In this document: one piece after another, positions 39,470 to 51,200 of the stretch | Layout: each line of letters opens with the position of its first letter | Position numbering within the stretch: the first letter of the stretch is position 1 | Program-made: the position numbers and the translations under genes | DNA from: a virus | Taxonomy: Duplodnaviria > Caudoviricetes | IMG/VR virus record: IMGVR_UViG_3300028591_000101 | Coordinates: 64,001 to 128,000 of that record | DNA length: 64,000 nt | Direction: 5' to 3' (one strand) | The notes under the pieces: generated by a model | The model's input: the letters and a program-made list of their open reading frames with translations, nothing else | Database searches by the model: none | Told to the model about the DNA's origin: nothing

Positions 39470-41491
39470 ATGGATTATATAAAGAAGATAATATGCATTG
39501 AGGATGCCAGGACTAGAACGCAGGGAATAATGCCTTACTATGAATTTGGTAAGGAATATGACCAGCATGTTACTGGCTGCTCTAGCATTACTTCGCTTAA
39601 TTTGGAGATTGCATCCGGGGATAATGGAAACTGGGGCCAATTTGTCGCCAATCCTTGTTTTCTTTCAAACAAAGGTAAGTCATACGAAGCGATGCTCCAA
39701 AAATATTATGATATCTTGAATATCGTCCGTAATGGTATCAAGCTTCGTAAAGTTCAGTATAAAGAGGATGATATAATCTTTACTGAAGACCTTGATGCTT
39801 TTTCGTACAACAATAACAGCAATTGCTTTTCTGGCGGTACGGATATTGATTTGTATGATTTAGCTGCCCGCCCGTCCAGCTGTTTTTATTCAACAGAAAT
39901 TCATAGTTTGCGAGATGGTGCAGAACGGGTATACAAATCAAATGAAATACTTTCTGACCAATATGTTGTTCTTATTGATGATTATGATTCATTCCAGAAA
40001 CTTGCAAGCTATCTAGATGGTACTGATTACGAGCCACATACTAACGAACAAAAGAAATGGTCAGCATATTGCAAACAAGTTGACGAGTTTATAGGAAGAC
40101 TTAGCGTACCGGCAAGTGTTTACAACAAGCATCTTAAAGTGCCTAAAGTGATGGCGTACTCCGATGTTAAAAGCTATCGTGACTGGCTTGCGAACTACCG
40201 CACTCTTTCCGCAGACTGTTGCAACATGAAATTGTGGGAGGACCGTGGTGGACAAGATATGCTTGATTTCCTTAACGGAAAGATAGGTGATGTCAATCGT
40301 GCCATAAACTGGGTGAATAGTTTGAGCTATTCCGTTCCATGCATTGAAATGCCGCTCTTAATTAGCCAAAATTTTACCGATGTTGGTACTTTGACCAATA
40401 TAGATGGAACTGAATATGTTGAAAATTATGTAGAAGGAAGTGGTGACGGGAAGAGGCCACACGGACACGGAAACCAAGAGAGGGCTTTCACTATTGACCA
40501 AATTTCCATTACGGGAGAAAGAAAACGTTACCCAAAAACCGGAGAAGGCTCAATAGAAGTTGAATCGTTACTTAAAACGTTAAGAACTCGCAAAAAGTAT
40601 ATGGATGACGATGATAATGTTCTCCCTGGTCTTTTTCAGAGTTTTAATAACCCTTCTGGTGTCTTTGTACACTGCACTAAATCTGGCGGAAATTGGAGTG
40701 TTTCTGAATGCGGTGGGTCCGGGCTGTTAAATGGTGATGGAAAAACAAGCGCAGAATTGGCGAACACAAATTACTATCGCTCGGTAACAACTAAAGCCTC
40801 AGCAAAACGAATTTCGGAAGTTTATGATGAGGAGCCAGGAAACCCAGCCGCAACAAGTTTTTATTTTAGAGTAAAATATGACAACAGCGAAGATACTCAC
40901 ATGACAATTCCGTATGCTGTAGGAAATGTCACAAATGTCTACCTGGTTGATGAGGATACAAATCTTTATAGAGGTGATTTTATAATCGGTTTGACCGCAA
41001 CGTCGGTGTATGTTGACGTAAATTATGTGATTGGCGGGTATTTTATTGGAACCGATATGGGTGAATATGTGTCGTACAGTGGAGGGGGTGATGTTTACTA
41101 TGAAAGGCGCACGCTTGATAACAAACATGTTGATTATGTAAATCTTGATGGTGTTGACAATGTTCCAATATGGAGTGACTATATTGACTTTGAAAGCGAC
41201 GCAAAGGAATTCTATAGTCCGAGGTATAACCTTTATAGAACCGGAACGACGGCAAATATAATTGAAACATCAACGGCGGAGATATGGAACGAAGACTATG
41301 CTTTTGATGCTTATCTTGCGAAAGAAGATTATTTGACTAATTTTTCAAATTTTCCAAAGGTTGATGTAAATGTAACGATAGATAGAGGTGGTGTGTCGGC
41401 CTTTGAGAGGCACTATAAATTAACAGAATGTAATACAATGCAGGACCTTGAAACATACGGAAATGGGTGGTTTCTTCCTGACAATCAATAA
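39470..41491 (+). CDS. Putative structural protein
   Basis: 673 aa; operon context. Confidence 0.55.
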   Translation: MDYIKKIICIEDARTRTQGIMPYYEFGKEYDQHVTGCSSITSLNLEIASGDNGNWGQFVANPCFLSNKGKSYEAMLQKYYDILNIVRNGIKLRKVQYKEDDIIFTEDLDAFSYNNNSNCFSGGTDIDLYDLAARPSSCFYSTEIHSLRDGAERVYKSNEILSDQYVVLIDDYDSFQKLASYLDGTDYEPHTNEQKKWSAYCKQVDEFIGRLSVPASVYNKHLKVPKVMAYSDVKSYRDWLANYRTLSADCCNMKLWEDRGGQDMLDFLNGKIGDVNRAINWVNSLSYSVPCIEMPLLISQNFTDVGTLTNIDGTEYVENYVEGSGDGKRPHGHGNQERAFTIDQISITGERKRYPKTGEGSIEVESLLKTLRTRKKYMDDDDNVLPGLFQSFNNPSGVFVHCTKSGGNWSVSECGGSGLLNGDGKTSAELANTNYYRSVTTKASAKRISEVYDEEPGNPAATSFYFRVKYDNSEDTHMTIPYAVGNVTNVYLVDEDTNLYRGDFIIGLTATSVYVDVNYVIGGYFIGTDMGEYVSYSGGGDVYYERRTLDNKHVDYVNLDGVDNVPIWSDYIDFESDAKEFYSPRYNLYRTGTTANIIETSTAEIWNEDYAFDAYLAKEDYLTNFSNFPKVDVNVTIDRGGVSAFERHYKLTECNTMQDLETYGNGWFLPDNQ

Positions 41492-41510
41492 ATTAAAAAG
41501 CTTTTAAACA

Positions 41511-42395
41511 ATGAGCGGACTTTATGGAACAATAAGAGGGGCTAAGATAGACCCAAGCAAAGATGCAGAAATATTTTACTTCTATAGACCGAATAGAAGT
41601 ACCACCAACGAGGATTTTACGCAATTTAAGAAATTGTCCTCAACGCTTCTTGTACCTTCAACAACAGAAGTATCAAATGGGGTTGAAAATGTCCTTCCGG
41701 GTATGTTCAATTTAAAACTTCCGCTTGATACATTCAATGATACCGGAATATACACCGTTTATATTCGTCCGAAAGAGTGTATAACGCATCTCCAGGATGT
41801 AAGTGTCCTTGCTGATTATCCCGAAATAAGGGGAATTGTAGTGAATAAGGGGGCTGTTGACGGTGTTACTGACCTTACAGGTTATAGAATTGAATATTTT
41901 GATGCCACGACGGGAACCAGAACTGACAGAGCTTTCATCATAACGTCATGTAATTTCTGCAAGCCTGTATGGGTTACGGTAACGGATAGTGTCAATATTC
42001 CAAGAAGGTATCAATACACAGATAGTTCATCTAATTTGTTGTTTTGTACATTAACCCCTTGCTCATATGGCAATTATAGCCCAAATGTTGCACCAAGCAT
42101 AGGTACAGGCGTTGAAGAGAAGGACCTTGTAGCCATCATTAATACGAAGTTCAGCCCGGTCATGATAGAAATTGAAATGGTTGAGCATGATGCGGAGACA
42201 ATTACGACAATGCTTGAGGGTGATACAATCATGGACCACGACAATGCAATTATGACGCACTACAATGAAAATAAAGAAATCTACCAGCAGTATGATTTCT
42301 ATGAGCAAAAGAATACGCTTGGTGAGCCAATGTATTCAGTTAAGAGAAAAAGGGAAAATATTGACAGTAGTGAAGATTACGATAATATTGTTTAA
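41511..42395 (+). CDS. Putative baseplate structural protein
   Basis: 294 aa; operon context. Confidence 0.55.
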   Translation: MSGLYGTIRGAKIDPSKDAEIFYFYRPNRSTTNEDFTQFKKLSSTLLVPSTTEVSNGVENVLPGMFNLKLPLDTFNDTGIYTVYIRPKECITHLQDVSVLADYPEIRGIVVNKGAVDGVTDLTGYRIEYFDATTGTRTDRAFIITSCNFCKPVWVTVTDSVNIPRRYQYTDSSSNLLFCTLTPCSYGNYSPNVAPSIGTGVEEKDLVAIINTKFSPVMIEIEMVEHDAETITTMLEGDTIMDHDNAIMTHYNENKEIYQQYDFYEQKNTLGEPMYSVKRKRENIDSSEDYDNIV

Positions 42396-42400
42396 GGATT

Positions 42401-45400
42401 ATGGGAAGATTTATAACAACAAAAGCCGATTTCACATTACGCAGGAAGCATAAGAAGGGTTCCGGCGTGACGATTTATGAGAACGACTATACAACCATAA
42501 ATCCGATGCCGAACGCTCTTAAGGGCGAATACGTAATAGGCGATTCAAATTTTGTGTTCACGTCCAGACTCGGTATAAATGCCCAGAAAAAACATTCAAG
42601 GGGTAAATTTATACCGAACCCGAGCAATGTAACGGCAGATAATGGGGCGTGGACATTAGACAATATTATAGATAGCGGAATCAGTGAAGACACCAAAATC
42701 AGGCTTAAGCCAAACTATACGTCATTAAAAGATTTTGCGTTATATGGTTCTGCAATAAAGCTTATCCAGGGAACAGTTAATGGTATAATTACTGATTTCC
42801 CGGCGGAGTTATGGTTTTCAAAAGAAGAAATCAACATATATCCGTCTAACAATGGTGTTGGCTATTCATTTAATGAGTGGGATGAAGCAAACGACGAAGT
42901 ATGGGATACGGGTGTCACAAGTACCGAAAAACTATTATTCAATGAATACGGAATAGATATCCTGAGTAAGAATCTTCAGCCGAACAGTGTTTATAACCCA
43001 TTGAGATTTTTCTCCTTATGTGGTTCAAGCTATACATTGATTACTGTTGACGAGAGTGGTAAAACTACCGGAGAATACGAATTTACCGGATTTGAAGTAG
43101 AAGATACGTCTCTCGGCGAGTGTTATCAAGGTAAGAATGTTGAGGTTGACAAGATAGCCGTCATCAAAATGTTCTTCACTACAAAAGTAATCTTCATAAA
43201 CGTATATAAGGATTATACAGACGGGGTTGTCTATTATACATACGTACCAGGAGACATTGTTGACGTTGGTGTTATCGGCGATTTGGTCCAAAAGTTACCG
43301 GCTGGTACTGAGTTTGTTACCGTATACGGCAATTTAGTACAAGCGAATTCATCAAATACGATAAGCGTAAGGGTTCTCGCCGCGTTAGCTCAACAGAATG
43401 AAGGTGGTGAAGGAATAGGTGTTTCCGTAACGTTAACACAACAGCAAGCTGTACTTGGAGCAGTTCGCTCCCTCGTTTTTGGGGCCAATCCTCAGCAGCA
43501 GGAAAACCATGAGTTTGAAGAGCTTATAGGAGCACACATAAGGCCGAAAGAGAAATTGATTGAGGAATATTTCCGTACATGTGATGATTTCACAGCTGTA
43601 CTTCTTGAGCGTTCAACCAAGCCGATTTATAAGGCAGTATTTGAAACGCCAAAAGAAGTTGAAACGGGGTATTCATATACGATGGAAAGTTATATCTGGC
43701 CTTCACTCAATGGCGGATATAACCCAGACCTTTCTGGTCCATATTATACGTATTTGGAATCATTGATGAACCTCGCCGAATATTATGACGACTTTTTCAG
43801 TGATAATATGTGGAGGTCACTCACCCATGAAGCAATAAAGACCCTTGATTGGACTTACACTTCAAACAAAAATGGCGAGATTGAAGAGTTAGAGCAGATA
43901 GACACGTCAAGGATTGAGCCGATTGTAAAATTGTATGGTCGTCAGTTTGATGACCTGAAACGCTATATTGATGGAATAAAGAGAATCAATACGGTCACCT
44001 ATAACCAAAAGGCCAATACGCCAGACTATCATCTGACAGACCTTCTGGAAATTTCAGGGTGGGAGACAAAAATAATCAAACTTACCGGAAACAAAGACCT
44101 GATAACGGATTCACTATATCCAGCGCTCACATCCGGTTATACTGAAAGTGACGCAAGCAATGAATTTTTGCGTCGTTTGAAGCTTAACTCAAGATATCTT
44201 TTCTCAATAAAGGGTACGAGGGGTGGATTAGATGCAATGCTTGGCCTGTTAGGTTTTAAGCCAAATGAATATGATATACATGAATATATCTATGTTGTAA
44301 GTGGAAGAAGCAGCCAATATACAAAATTCTGCAGTGATACTAAAAACTTACCAGTTGAGGATTTGCCAGCATTTCCTCTCGCAAAGGATGTTTCAACGAT
44401 AAACAAGTACAAGATAAATTTTAATATCAATGACCCATATGGGGAGTATTGCGGTATACCGGTCGCAGAAGTTGGTTATTTCGTTGAGGATGCTTCCGCC
44501 CCAAATGGGTTCTGGGATTATTCCTATGTAATTCCTTGGTATTCACAAAAGAAGAAATATGATGACGGCCTTTATTTCCAGATGAATGGTGGCTGGGGAA
44601 ATAGAAAACGTAAAAAGATAGACCTTGGAATTGCCCCGAATGTTAAGGAAATAACGGAAACCGATACTGTAAAAATTTATGGCGAGACACAAGCCAGAAT
44701 GAGATTTGCAAAGGATTTTGACGAGCTTTTGCAACAGGCTTATGCTTCATCAAAGCTTCGTGATGTAATCTATGTGACTGACATATCAAAAATTGAAACA
44801 GCTTATACGAAGGGTATTGGTGAGGTGCTTTCTGACGCGTCGCACTATTTTGTACTTGAGGATAAGAACTTGTATCAGTTCCTAGGATACAATAGTGCAT
44901 CAAGAACCTACGGATGGCGAAGCATAAGGAACAGTGAAATACAAACCCCGAATTCTGCCGGAACGCTGGTGTTATATCTTGAATCAATAAAAGATGACAC
45001 GACCGGGAATAACCCACATGTAGGAAATGGATTGTATGATGGCGGCGCCTCTTATGTAGAAAGTATTACGGATATTTTTGGGTATTCATTGATTAACCAT
45101 AATTTCATGGGGATAGACGACAAATCATGTGATAAAATCAGAAAGTATACTTTTGACAAAGTAAGACAGGAAGACAATCGAAAATGTTGGTTCTTTTCTG
45201 ATGATTACAACACGAGCAGGGGTAAATACGGAGAAAGGATAACTTTAAAAGAGGTTGAAGTTACAAGTGGAAGATGTGATGATTCTGTTTTCTATGACCC
45301 AGAATCTGCCCTAGGGGATAACGGCACAACAAATATAAACCAGGACTTAAATATAGGTGTTGATGCTAGGCCACATTTTAAGGAGGATACGGTTGAAGTA

Positions 45401-46255
45401 TATACAAGAGGCAGTTATGCATCAGCTTTCAATCCGGAGCCAAATGGGGCAATAAACGGGGAAGCTGCTGCAAATTCAATAGTCAATGTCAAAAACATGG
45501 TAATCAATTTTAATCTTGAAGCCATGGAACTAAGCTCTTTGAGTGGGCAAATGATTGATTACATTGATGAGATTGTTATTCCGTATTTGACACAAATGAT
45601 ACCGTCAACAACAATTTTATCGTGGTCATTTAATGGGGATAATGGTGGTGGTAGTACAACAAGAAGATACTTGGCATTAACACCGCCATCGTCAACGGCG
45701 TTAAATTCTGAAACGATAAAACTTACTCCGATTCTTCATACCGTAGTTGGTGGTGTAGAAACGACAAGCGTGGTCGGCACAAATGCATGGAGAAGTAGCA
45801 ATCCACAGATAATGGTTGCACGGGGAATATGTAGTACGAACGCTAATGAACAGGTTACAGCAACAATAACCGCAACATACGATGGGTTGTCTGCATCAGC
45901 ACATGTAACATTTGTTCCAGACACACAAAAAGTTGATGTTGAGATTTTAGGGCTGCTTGAACAGAAGAACGATGAGAATGTTTTTGTACTTGTAACGGGA
46001 GCCTTAACACAGAACCAGAGTATATCAATTAACGATGAAGAGATATATGTTGATGGTGAACTTGAGCAAGAGGCATCCACCGACCCAGAGCCAGAAGCTG
46101 AGATTTTTGTTGAAGGTGTTTTGGTTCAGGAGGATGATTGGCCTGAACCGGAAGAGGAGATTTACGTTGAAGGCGATTTGACTCAGGAAGAAGACCCTAC
46201 TGAGGTGGAAAATATTAATGTAAACGGAACGTTAACCCAAGTTAATGGGAATTAA
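42401..46255 (+). CDS. Baseplate wedge protein (gp7 / P2 gpI-like core) with an Ig-like domain and beta-strand repeat tails
   Basis: LLEISGW...FLRRL..NSRYLFSIKGTRGGLDAMLGLLG gpI-like motif; Big_2-like WRSSNP...TITATYDG; ten [VI]x[VI]xGxLxQ-type repeats. Confidence 0.65.
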   Translation: MGRFITTKADFTLRRKHKKGSGVTIYENDYTTINPMPNALKGEYVIGDSNFVFTSRLGINAQKKHSRGKFIPNPSNVTADNGAWTLDNIIDSGISEDTKIRLKPNYTSLKDFALYGSAIKLIQGTVNGIITDFPAELWFSKEEINIYPSNNGVGYSFNEWDEANDEVWDTGVTSTEKLLFNEYGIDILSKNLQPNSVYNPLRFFSLCGSSYTLITVDESGKTTGEYEFTGFEVEDTSLGECYQGKNVEVDKIAVIKMFFTTKVIFINVYKDYTDGVVYYTYVPGDIVDVGVIGDLVQKLPAGTEFVTVYGNLVQANSSNTISVRVLAALAQQNEGGEGIGVSVTLTQQQAVLGAVRSLVFGANPQQQENHEFEELIGAHIRPKEKLIEEYFRTCDDFTAVLLERSTKPIYKAVFETPKEVETGYSYTMESYIWPSLNGGYNPDLSGPYYTYLESLMNLAEYYDDFFSDNMWRSLTHEAIKTLDWTYTSNKNGEIEELEQIDTSRIEPIVKLYGRQFDDLKRYIDGIKRINTVTYNQKANTPDYHLTDLLEISGWETKIIKLTGNKDLITDSLYPALTSGYTESDASNEFLRRLKLNSRYLFSIKGTRGGLDAMLGLLGFKPNEYDIHEYIYVVSGRSSQYTKFCSDTKNLPVEDLPAFPLAKDVSTINKYKINFNINDPYGEYCGIPVAEVGYFVEDASAPNGFWDYSYVIPWYSQKKKYDDGLYFQMNGGWGNRKRKKIDLGIAPNVKEITETDTVKIYGETQARMRFAKDFDELLQQAYASSKLRDVIYVTDISKIETAYTKGIGEVLSDASHYFVLEDKNLYQFLGYNSASRTYGWRSIRNSEIQTPNSAGTLVLYLESIKDDTTGNNPHVGNGLYDGGASYVESITDIFGYSLINHNFMGIDDKSCDKIRKYTFDKVRQEDNRKCWFFSDDYNTSRGKYGERITLKEVEVTSGRCDDSVFYDPESALGDNGTTNINQDLNIGVDARPHFKEDTVEVYTRGSYASAFNPEPNGAINGEAAANSIVNVKNMVINFNLEAMELSSLSGQMIDYIDEIVIPYLTQMIPSTTILSWSFNGDNGGGSTTRRYLALTPPSSTALNSETIKLTPILHTVVGGVETTSVVGTNAWRSSNPQIMVARGICSTNANEQVTATITATYDGLSASAHVTFVPDTQKVDVEILGLLEQKNDENVFVLVTGALTQNQSISINDEEIYVDGELEQEASTDPEPEAEIFVEGVLVQEDDWPEPEEEIYVEGDLTQEEDPTEVENINVNGTLTQVNGN
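43256..43444 (+). repeat. Four internal [VI]xVx(G)xLxQ peptide repeats
   Basis: VGVIGDLVQ, VTVYGNLVQ, VRVLAALAQ, IGVSVTLTQ. Confidence 0.75.
45932..46240 (+). repeat. Six C-terminal [VI]x[VI]xGxLxQ peptide repeats with acidic/Pro linkers
   Basis: VEILGLLEQ, VLVTGALTQ, IYVDGELEQ, IFVEGVLVQ, IYVEGDLTQ, INVNGTLTQ. Confidence 0.9.
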
Positions 46256-46256
46256 A

Positions 46257-46266
46257 AATATTTATA
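46257..46266 (+). promoter_or_regulatory. Class II motif variant AATATTTATA
   Basis: 20 nt before ATG 46287. Confidence 0.55.
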
Positions 46267-46286
46267 AGATATAAAAAGAGATAAAA

Positions 46287-48176
46287 ATGGCATCATCTTT
46301 ATCACAAAACAGGCAAGGAAAATGGAAATTGGCGATTAAACATAGCAAGGCTGGCGTGACCATCCCTGCTAAGTTTACATATAATGGAATTCCGGTAGCA
46401 TTCAGTATGACAAGTACGAAGAAAGAGATTGATACGGGATGGCGGACAGAACTCGGCACTTCTATTGATTTCTTAAATGAAGTTACTAGGGAATACACCC
46501 CGGTAACGAAAGATGGAATAAGATACATCGTCCACAAACCGGAAAATATGAGTATTATTCCATACCCGACAGGTGATGATAGTGGGGATACGCCATATCT
46601 TACCACAGAACTTCATCCGAGCACAGTAGAATCTGGTGGAGGCCAGGTTAGTTTAATTATTTCAAGTAACGTCTCATGGGAAATTAGTGACGATGCCGGT
46701 TATTTGTCGTATAGTAAAACGCAAGGCTCAAATACTGATACAGTAACAATAGGGGTTCCAGCATATACAAATACTGGAACGGACAGGACAATTGTCATTA
46801 CAGTTATTGGCTCGAACGGTTCAACTGACCAACAAATGATAACGCAGAAAAAAGCTTACGATGATGGTGGGGGAGACGACCCAGGACCAGGTCCAGATGA
46901 CCCAGGAACTGATGCAGACTACACTCTAAGCATCACTACAGGTGGATACAGGTCAAGCGGTAGTTATTGCCCTGGTTTGAGAGGGCTTTTTGCTGACAGT
47001 AAGCTTACAAGCGAGGAAAGAGAAGATATTAAGATAGACCCGACATCTTGGGTTGTAACGAAGAGACGGTTCAATCAGTCATCCTCGGCGGTTACGGTCG
47101 TCGTAAGTAACTCTGTAAACGATTCGGATAGAGATGGTTGTGAGTTTTGGATTTGTAGTGAACGTTACGATGGCGTTGTTGAAATACACAATGGGAACGG
47201 AAGATTAAATATACACGGGTACGGTTTCAAGAACAATATTGTCAATGACGGCTATTCTCTCTTGTATATAAATATTTCTGCAACGACTATGGGTGGAAAG
47301 CATGTAAGTACCCAGATATCACTTAAAGGTAAAGAATACTCGTTTATTGACGACGGGCAGTCCGAACCTTCTGTCTGTCCTCAAACCGGTGGAGTCCTGG
47401 AGTATACATTCTGGTACGATAATATTGATGAGAGCACCTTTGGGTATACGGATTTGTCCGCCGGGATTTCAGACATCACGCTTATTTCAAGCGGTATACC
47501 TTATTCTAACCCAGCGGCCGGGACTTCGTACTATCAAGGTAAACTGGCTGTGACTCTTACGGCAAACCAGGCTAGTTCGTCTGAGGGTTATGAGGGCTCT
47601 CGGTACAAGTATTTTACGATAACAGGGATGTCTACGTTGGATACCACAGAAGAACACTCTTGTAGGTGCATGGTAGTACAAGAGCCTTACTCGTATGCTA
47701 GTTTCCCTTATAGTAACACCTCTGAATATGATACATATGACCCAAATACGTCTAGTGGTTTGTTAATAATTCCTTTAAGCGGTCTTAATATAAATAATTT
47801 TACTTATAGATTTTGTGACCACCTTTCAACTAAGACTAGGCCTATTTACATTGATGATGATGCTACAATAGAAACTGTAGTCAAGGAAGACAATACGACG
47901 TATAATAACGAAATTACATTCAGTGAAGCAATACCTATCAGTCTGGAGTATGGCTCTGTTATAATCAATGGCAAACAGATAAATGGTTATTACCTAACAA
48001 TTGAGAACCAAGCGTGGAGAATATACGATACTCATGGAGGTAAACTTATCGAATTAACGTTCTATGATAATGCCGGAAATTCTTGGAAAGATGGTTTATG
48101 TATAGAGAAATCTTGGAGGGAAGATGGGTCAGTATCATATATAACCTACCGTGGATATTCACACGGTTGGTATTGA
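46287..48176 (+). CDS. BACON/Ig-domain virion adhesin
   Basis: ISSNVSWEI...TNTGTDRTIVITV...MITQ BACON pattern; DDPGPGPDDP linker; N-terminal domain shared with the next gene. Confidence 0.7.
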   Translation: MASSLSQNRQGKWKLAIKHSKAGVTIPAKFTYNGIPVAFSMTSTKKEIDTGWRTELGTSIDFLNEVTREYTPVTKDGIRYIVHKPENMSIIPYPTGDDSGDTPYLTTELHPSTVESGGGQVSLIISSNVSWEISDDAGYLSYSKTQGSNTDTVTIGVPAYTNTGTDRTIVITVIGSNGSTDQQMITQKKAYDDGGGDDPGPGPDDPGTDADYTLSITTGGYRSSGSYCPGLRGLFADSKLTSEEREDIKIDPTSWVVTKRRFNQSSSAVTVVVSNSVNDSDRDGCEFWICSERYDGVVEIHNGNGRLNIHGYGFKNNIVNDGYSLLYINISATTMGGKHVSTQISLKGKEYSFIDDGQSEPSVCPQTGGVLEYTFWYDNIDESTFGYTDLSAGISDITLISSGIPYSNPAAGTSYYQGKLAVTLTANQASSSEGYEGSRYKYFTITGMSTLDTTEEHSCRCMVVQEPYSYASFPYSNTSEYDTYDPNTSSGLLIIPLSGLNINNFTYRFCDHLSTKTRPIYIDDDATIETVVKEDNTTYNNEITFSEAIPISLEYGSVIINGKQINGYYLTIENQAWRIYDTHGGKLIELTFYDNAGNSWKDGLCIEKSWREDGSVSYITYRGYSHGWY

Positions 48177-48238
48177 TTTTTGCCAAGCAATATTGACTAA
48201 AAAGAAAGCGAATAAATAAACGATAATATAACTAATAC

Positions 48239-51200
48239 ATGGCAGTAAATTCAAACGCATTAACGCAGAATGCCCAAGGTAGGTGGGATTTAACATTGAA
48301 GCACGACAAGTCTAATGTTAATTTGCAAATCCCGGCAAGACTTACATATGATGGCATACAAGTGTCAACGACGATAACGAACGTTGAAAAAACTATCAAT
48401 ACAGATTGGTACACCGAACTTGGCGTTCCAATTAATCCGGACGATATTGATAAGTACGCACAACCAGTAACCAAGGATGGGAAAACTTACATTGTAACTG
48501 GATGGTCATTTGATGTTGAGCCGTACGATGATTCTGGCACAACAGCTGAAACCATATATAGTGTGGAAGTTCTTCCAAAAACGGCGTCAATCGCATCCAA
48601 TGGACACGTTTCCCTTACGTCATACTATGTTGGAAAGCAGGGTGATACAGAAGTTAACCGCATAAATGTTACTAATGTCGCAACATGGTCCAGCAACAAT
48701 AATTATGTCATCGTCAATGGGGGCTCAGTATCCGGAAACAATACGAGTTCATCAACGACCAGGTCTTCCAGAGTTACAGCAGCGTACTCCGGAAAATCGG
48801 GGTATTGCGACGTTACTGTGGGCAAGGCCAGTGGTTCAACGGTAACATATCAATTGGTTGTGAATCCGGCCAGCATGACTATTCCATACAACGGCTCGGA
48901 GCAATTGACGGCGAAATTCTATACAATTACAGATGGACACCCGGATGAAGGTGTGGATGTTACCAGAAATCCGAACTGCATGTGGACCAGTTCTGACAGC
49001 TCACACGCAACTGTAAGTAGTAACGGTATTGTATCTGGTCATAATGACTCTAGTGTCACTCAGGATGTTACAGCAAGAATCACCGCCACATATAATCAGA
49101 CATCAGGAGCGTGCCAGGTAACAGTTACAAAGAGTGGTGGTGAAACTGGCGTAACCACATACGAGCTTAGTATTTCAGCAACCCCATCCAGTATTGCCTG
49201 GAGTGGAAGTTCTTGGCTTACGGCTGAATATGTAACACTCGTTGATGGACATGTAACATCAAGGGTCCCTGTTTCGCCTGAAAATGTTGCTTGGACGGTT
49301 ACGAAGAACCCTGGTTATGGCACAATAAACGCCACGACCGGAGAATTTGTGGCGAACAACCAATCATTAAGCGGTACCAATAGAGAAATTAAAATTAAGG
49401 GTACTTATAGCGGTCTTACAAGCAATGAAGTGGCAATACAAGTTAGCAAGAGACCGGCAGAGGAAACAACTTATAAGCTTGAGGTTGTTCCGTCAGGAGA
49501 ACACATCGGGTCAGCAGATACGATAGACCTCCAGGCATGGTTCTATACATATGAAGCTGGGTCATTGGAACCAACGGAAAGTTTGAACGTAACGGAATTT
49601 GCGGATTGTACATGGACATCCGACAAATATGATGTTGCAACAGTTTCCGCTGGACACGTTGTATCAGATAACCAAACTTATGCCGAACAAATCGTGTTCA
49701 TTACAGCAAGTTATTGCGGATATACCGATGATGCTTCGGTTGTTGTTGCCCCGAAGGAAGGAGAAGCACCAGAATATTACTATGCGCTTGTCGTCGTTCC
49801 AACAGCTGCCACTCTTGAATACAGCGGTTTTACACAACTTCAGGCTGAATTCAGAACCTATGAAGGGAGTAACCCAAATCCTGTAACAACAGAAGTGGTA
49901 ACGACAGGGTGCCAATGGTCCACAAACAACCAATTGGTTTATGTAGACAATGATTTGAACAAGGGTTTGGTACAAAGCTATGTATACGATTCAGCTGGAA
50001 CCGAGGCGGATATCACTGCAGTCTATGTAAGGGCATATAGCTCATTTACGGGAACATCACGTGTAACTGTAAATGGCAAATTTATTGATTTTGATATTGA
50101 CACAACTCCAATTTCGGTTGTGTGCGAGAATCAATTTAGTGTGACAAGGCAAATTACTACAACAGATGATGTCACCTGGCACGCATCGGTTGTTGATGTT
50201 GAACACATAGGAACTGAAATTGATTGGGTAACAGTGTCTCCAGAAAATGGAAGCGGAAGCGGTATTCTAAATATCAGTGTAGTAAAGGAAAACAGTGGAA
50301 GCACCACAAGGGATTGTTTTGTTTGGGTACACTATCCGGCCGATTCACTTGTCAAGAAAGAGATAACAGTCACACAATATCCAACCCCTAGACTTATTGT
50401 TACTGAACAGTCAGTAACCGCGCCGCAGCTTGGGTCAACGGAAAGCGTATTTGTAAGTACGAATTATAATATTTCAGCTGATACAAACGGGAATGATTGG
50501 ATAACATTGAATATTTCTAGGGCCAACGGTGGTTTTAATTTGGAAATAACAACCACTGAAACAAGCGCGGAAAGAAGTGGTGTTGTCTATGTTGAAAGTC
50601 TTTACAGCGGAGATTGCACGTCGTTTGAGCGTGTACCAATAACCGTCAGCCAGGAATACATGCCACCGGTACCACCAGACCCTACTGGGTATGTATATTT
50701 CTATGCAAGCGAAACCGCAGAAACACCATCAGCACCGCTAGAAATTAGCAGGTCTGCAGCAGAAGCGGATGTCGAATTCTGGATTAGTACATCTATTGAA
50801 ACCAGGATAACAGGTGTTAGTGGCGAAGGCATCACAGTCAGAGAAACCAATGGTCTTGATTTAACATCAGGTGCAACAATATCTGCGACCGGGCTTGATA
50901 ACAGAAGAAAACTTATTGCACACATTCCAAAGCATTATGACATTGCAAACAGCAGAAATTTTGTGGTGCGTTTCAAGACCACGTACAATCAATCGTCAAA
51001 TAACGCAGTATTAGTTATTCAACAACGTGCTAACCATTACTACGACGATGATGTGGTCATTAAGTTCTTCAACATTGAGAGTCAGGACATCGGGCAAGAA
51101 GAGGTTACAATCAATTCTGGGGAACACTTTATTAAACCATATGTTTATATAGAGAGCAATCGCCGCTATGAGAATGGTGACGTGGAGGTGCATAGGATGG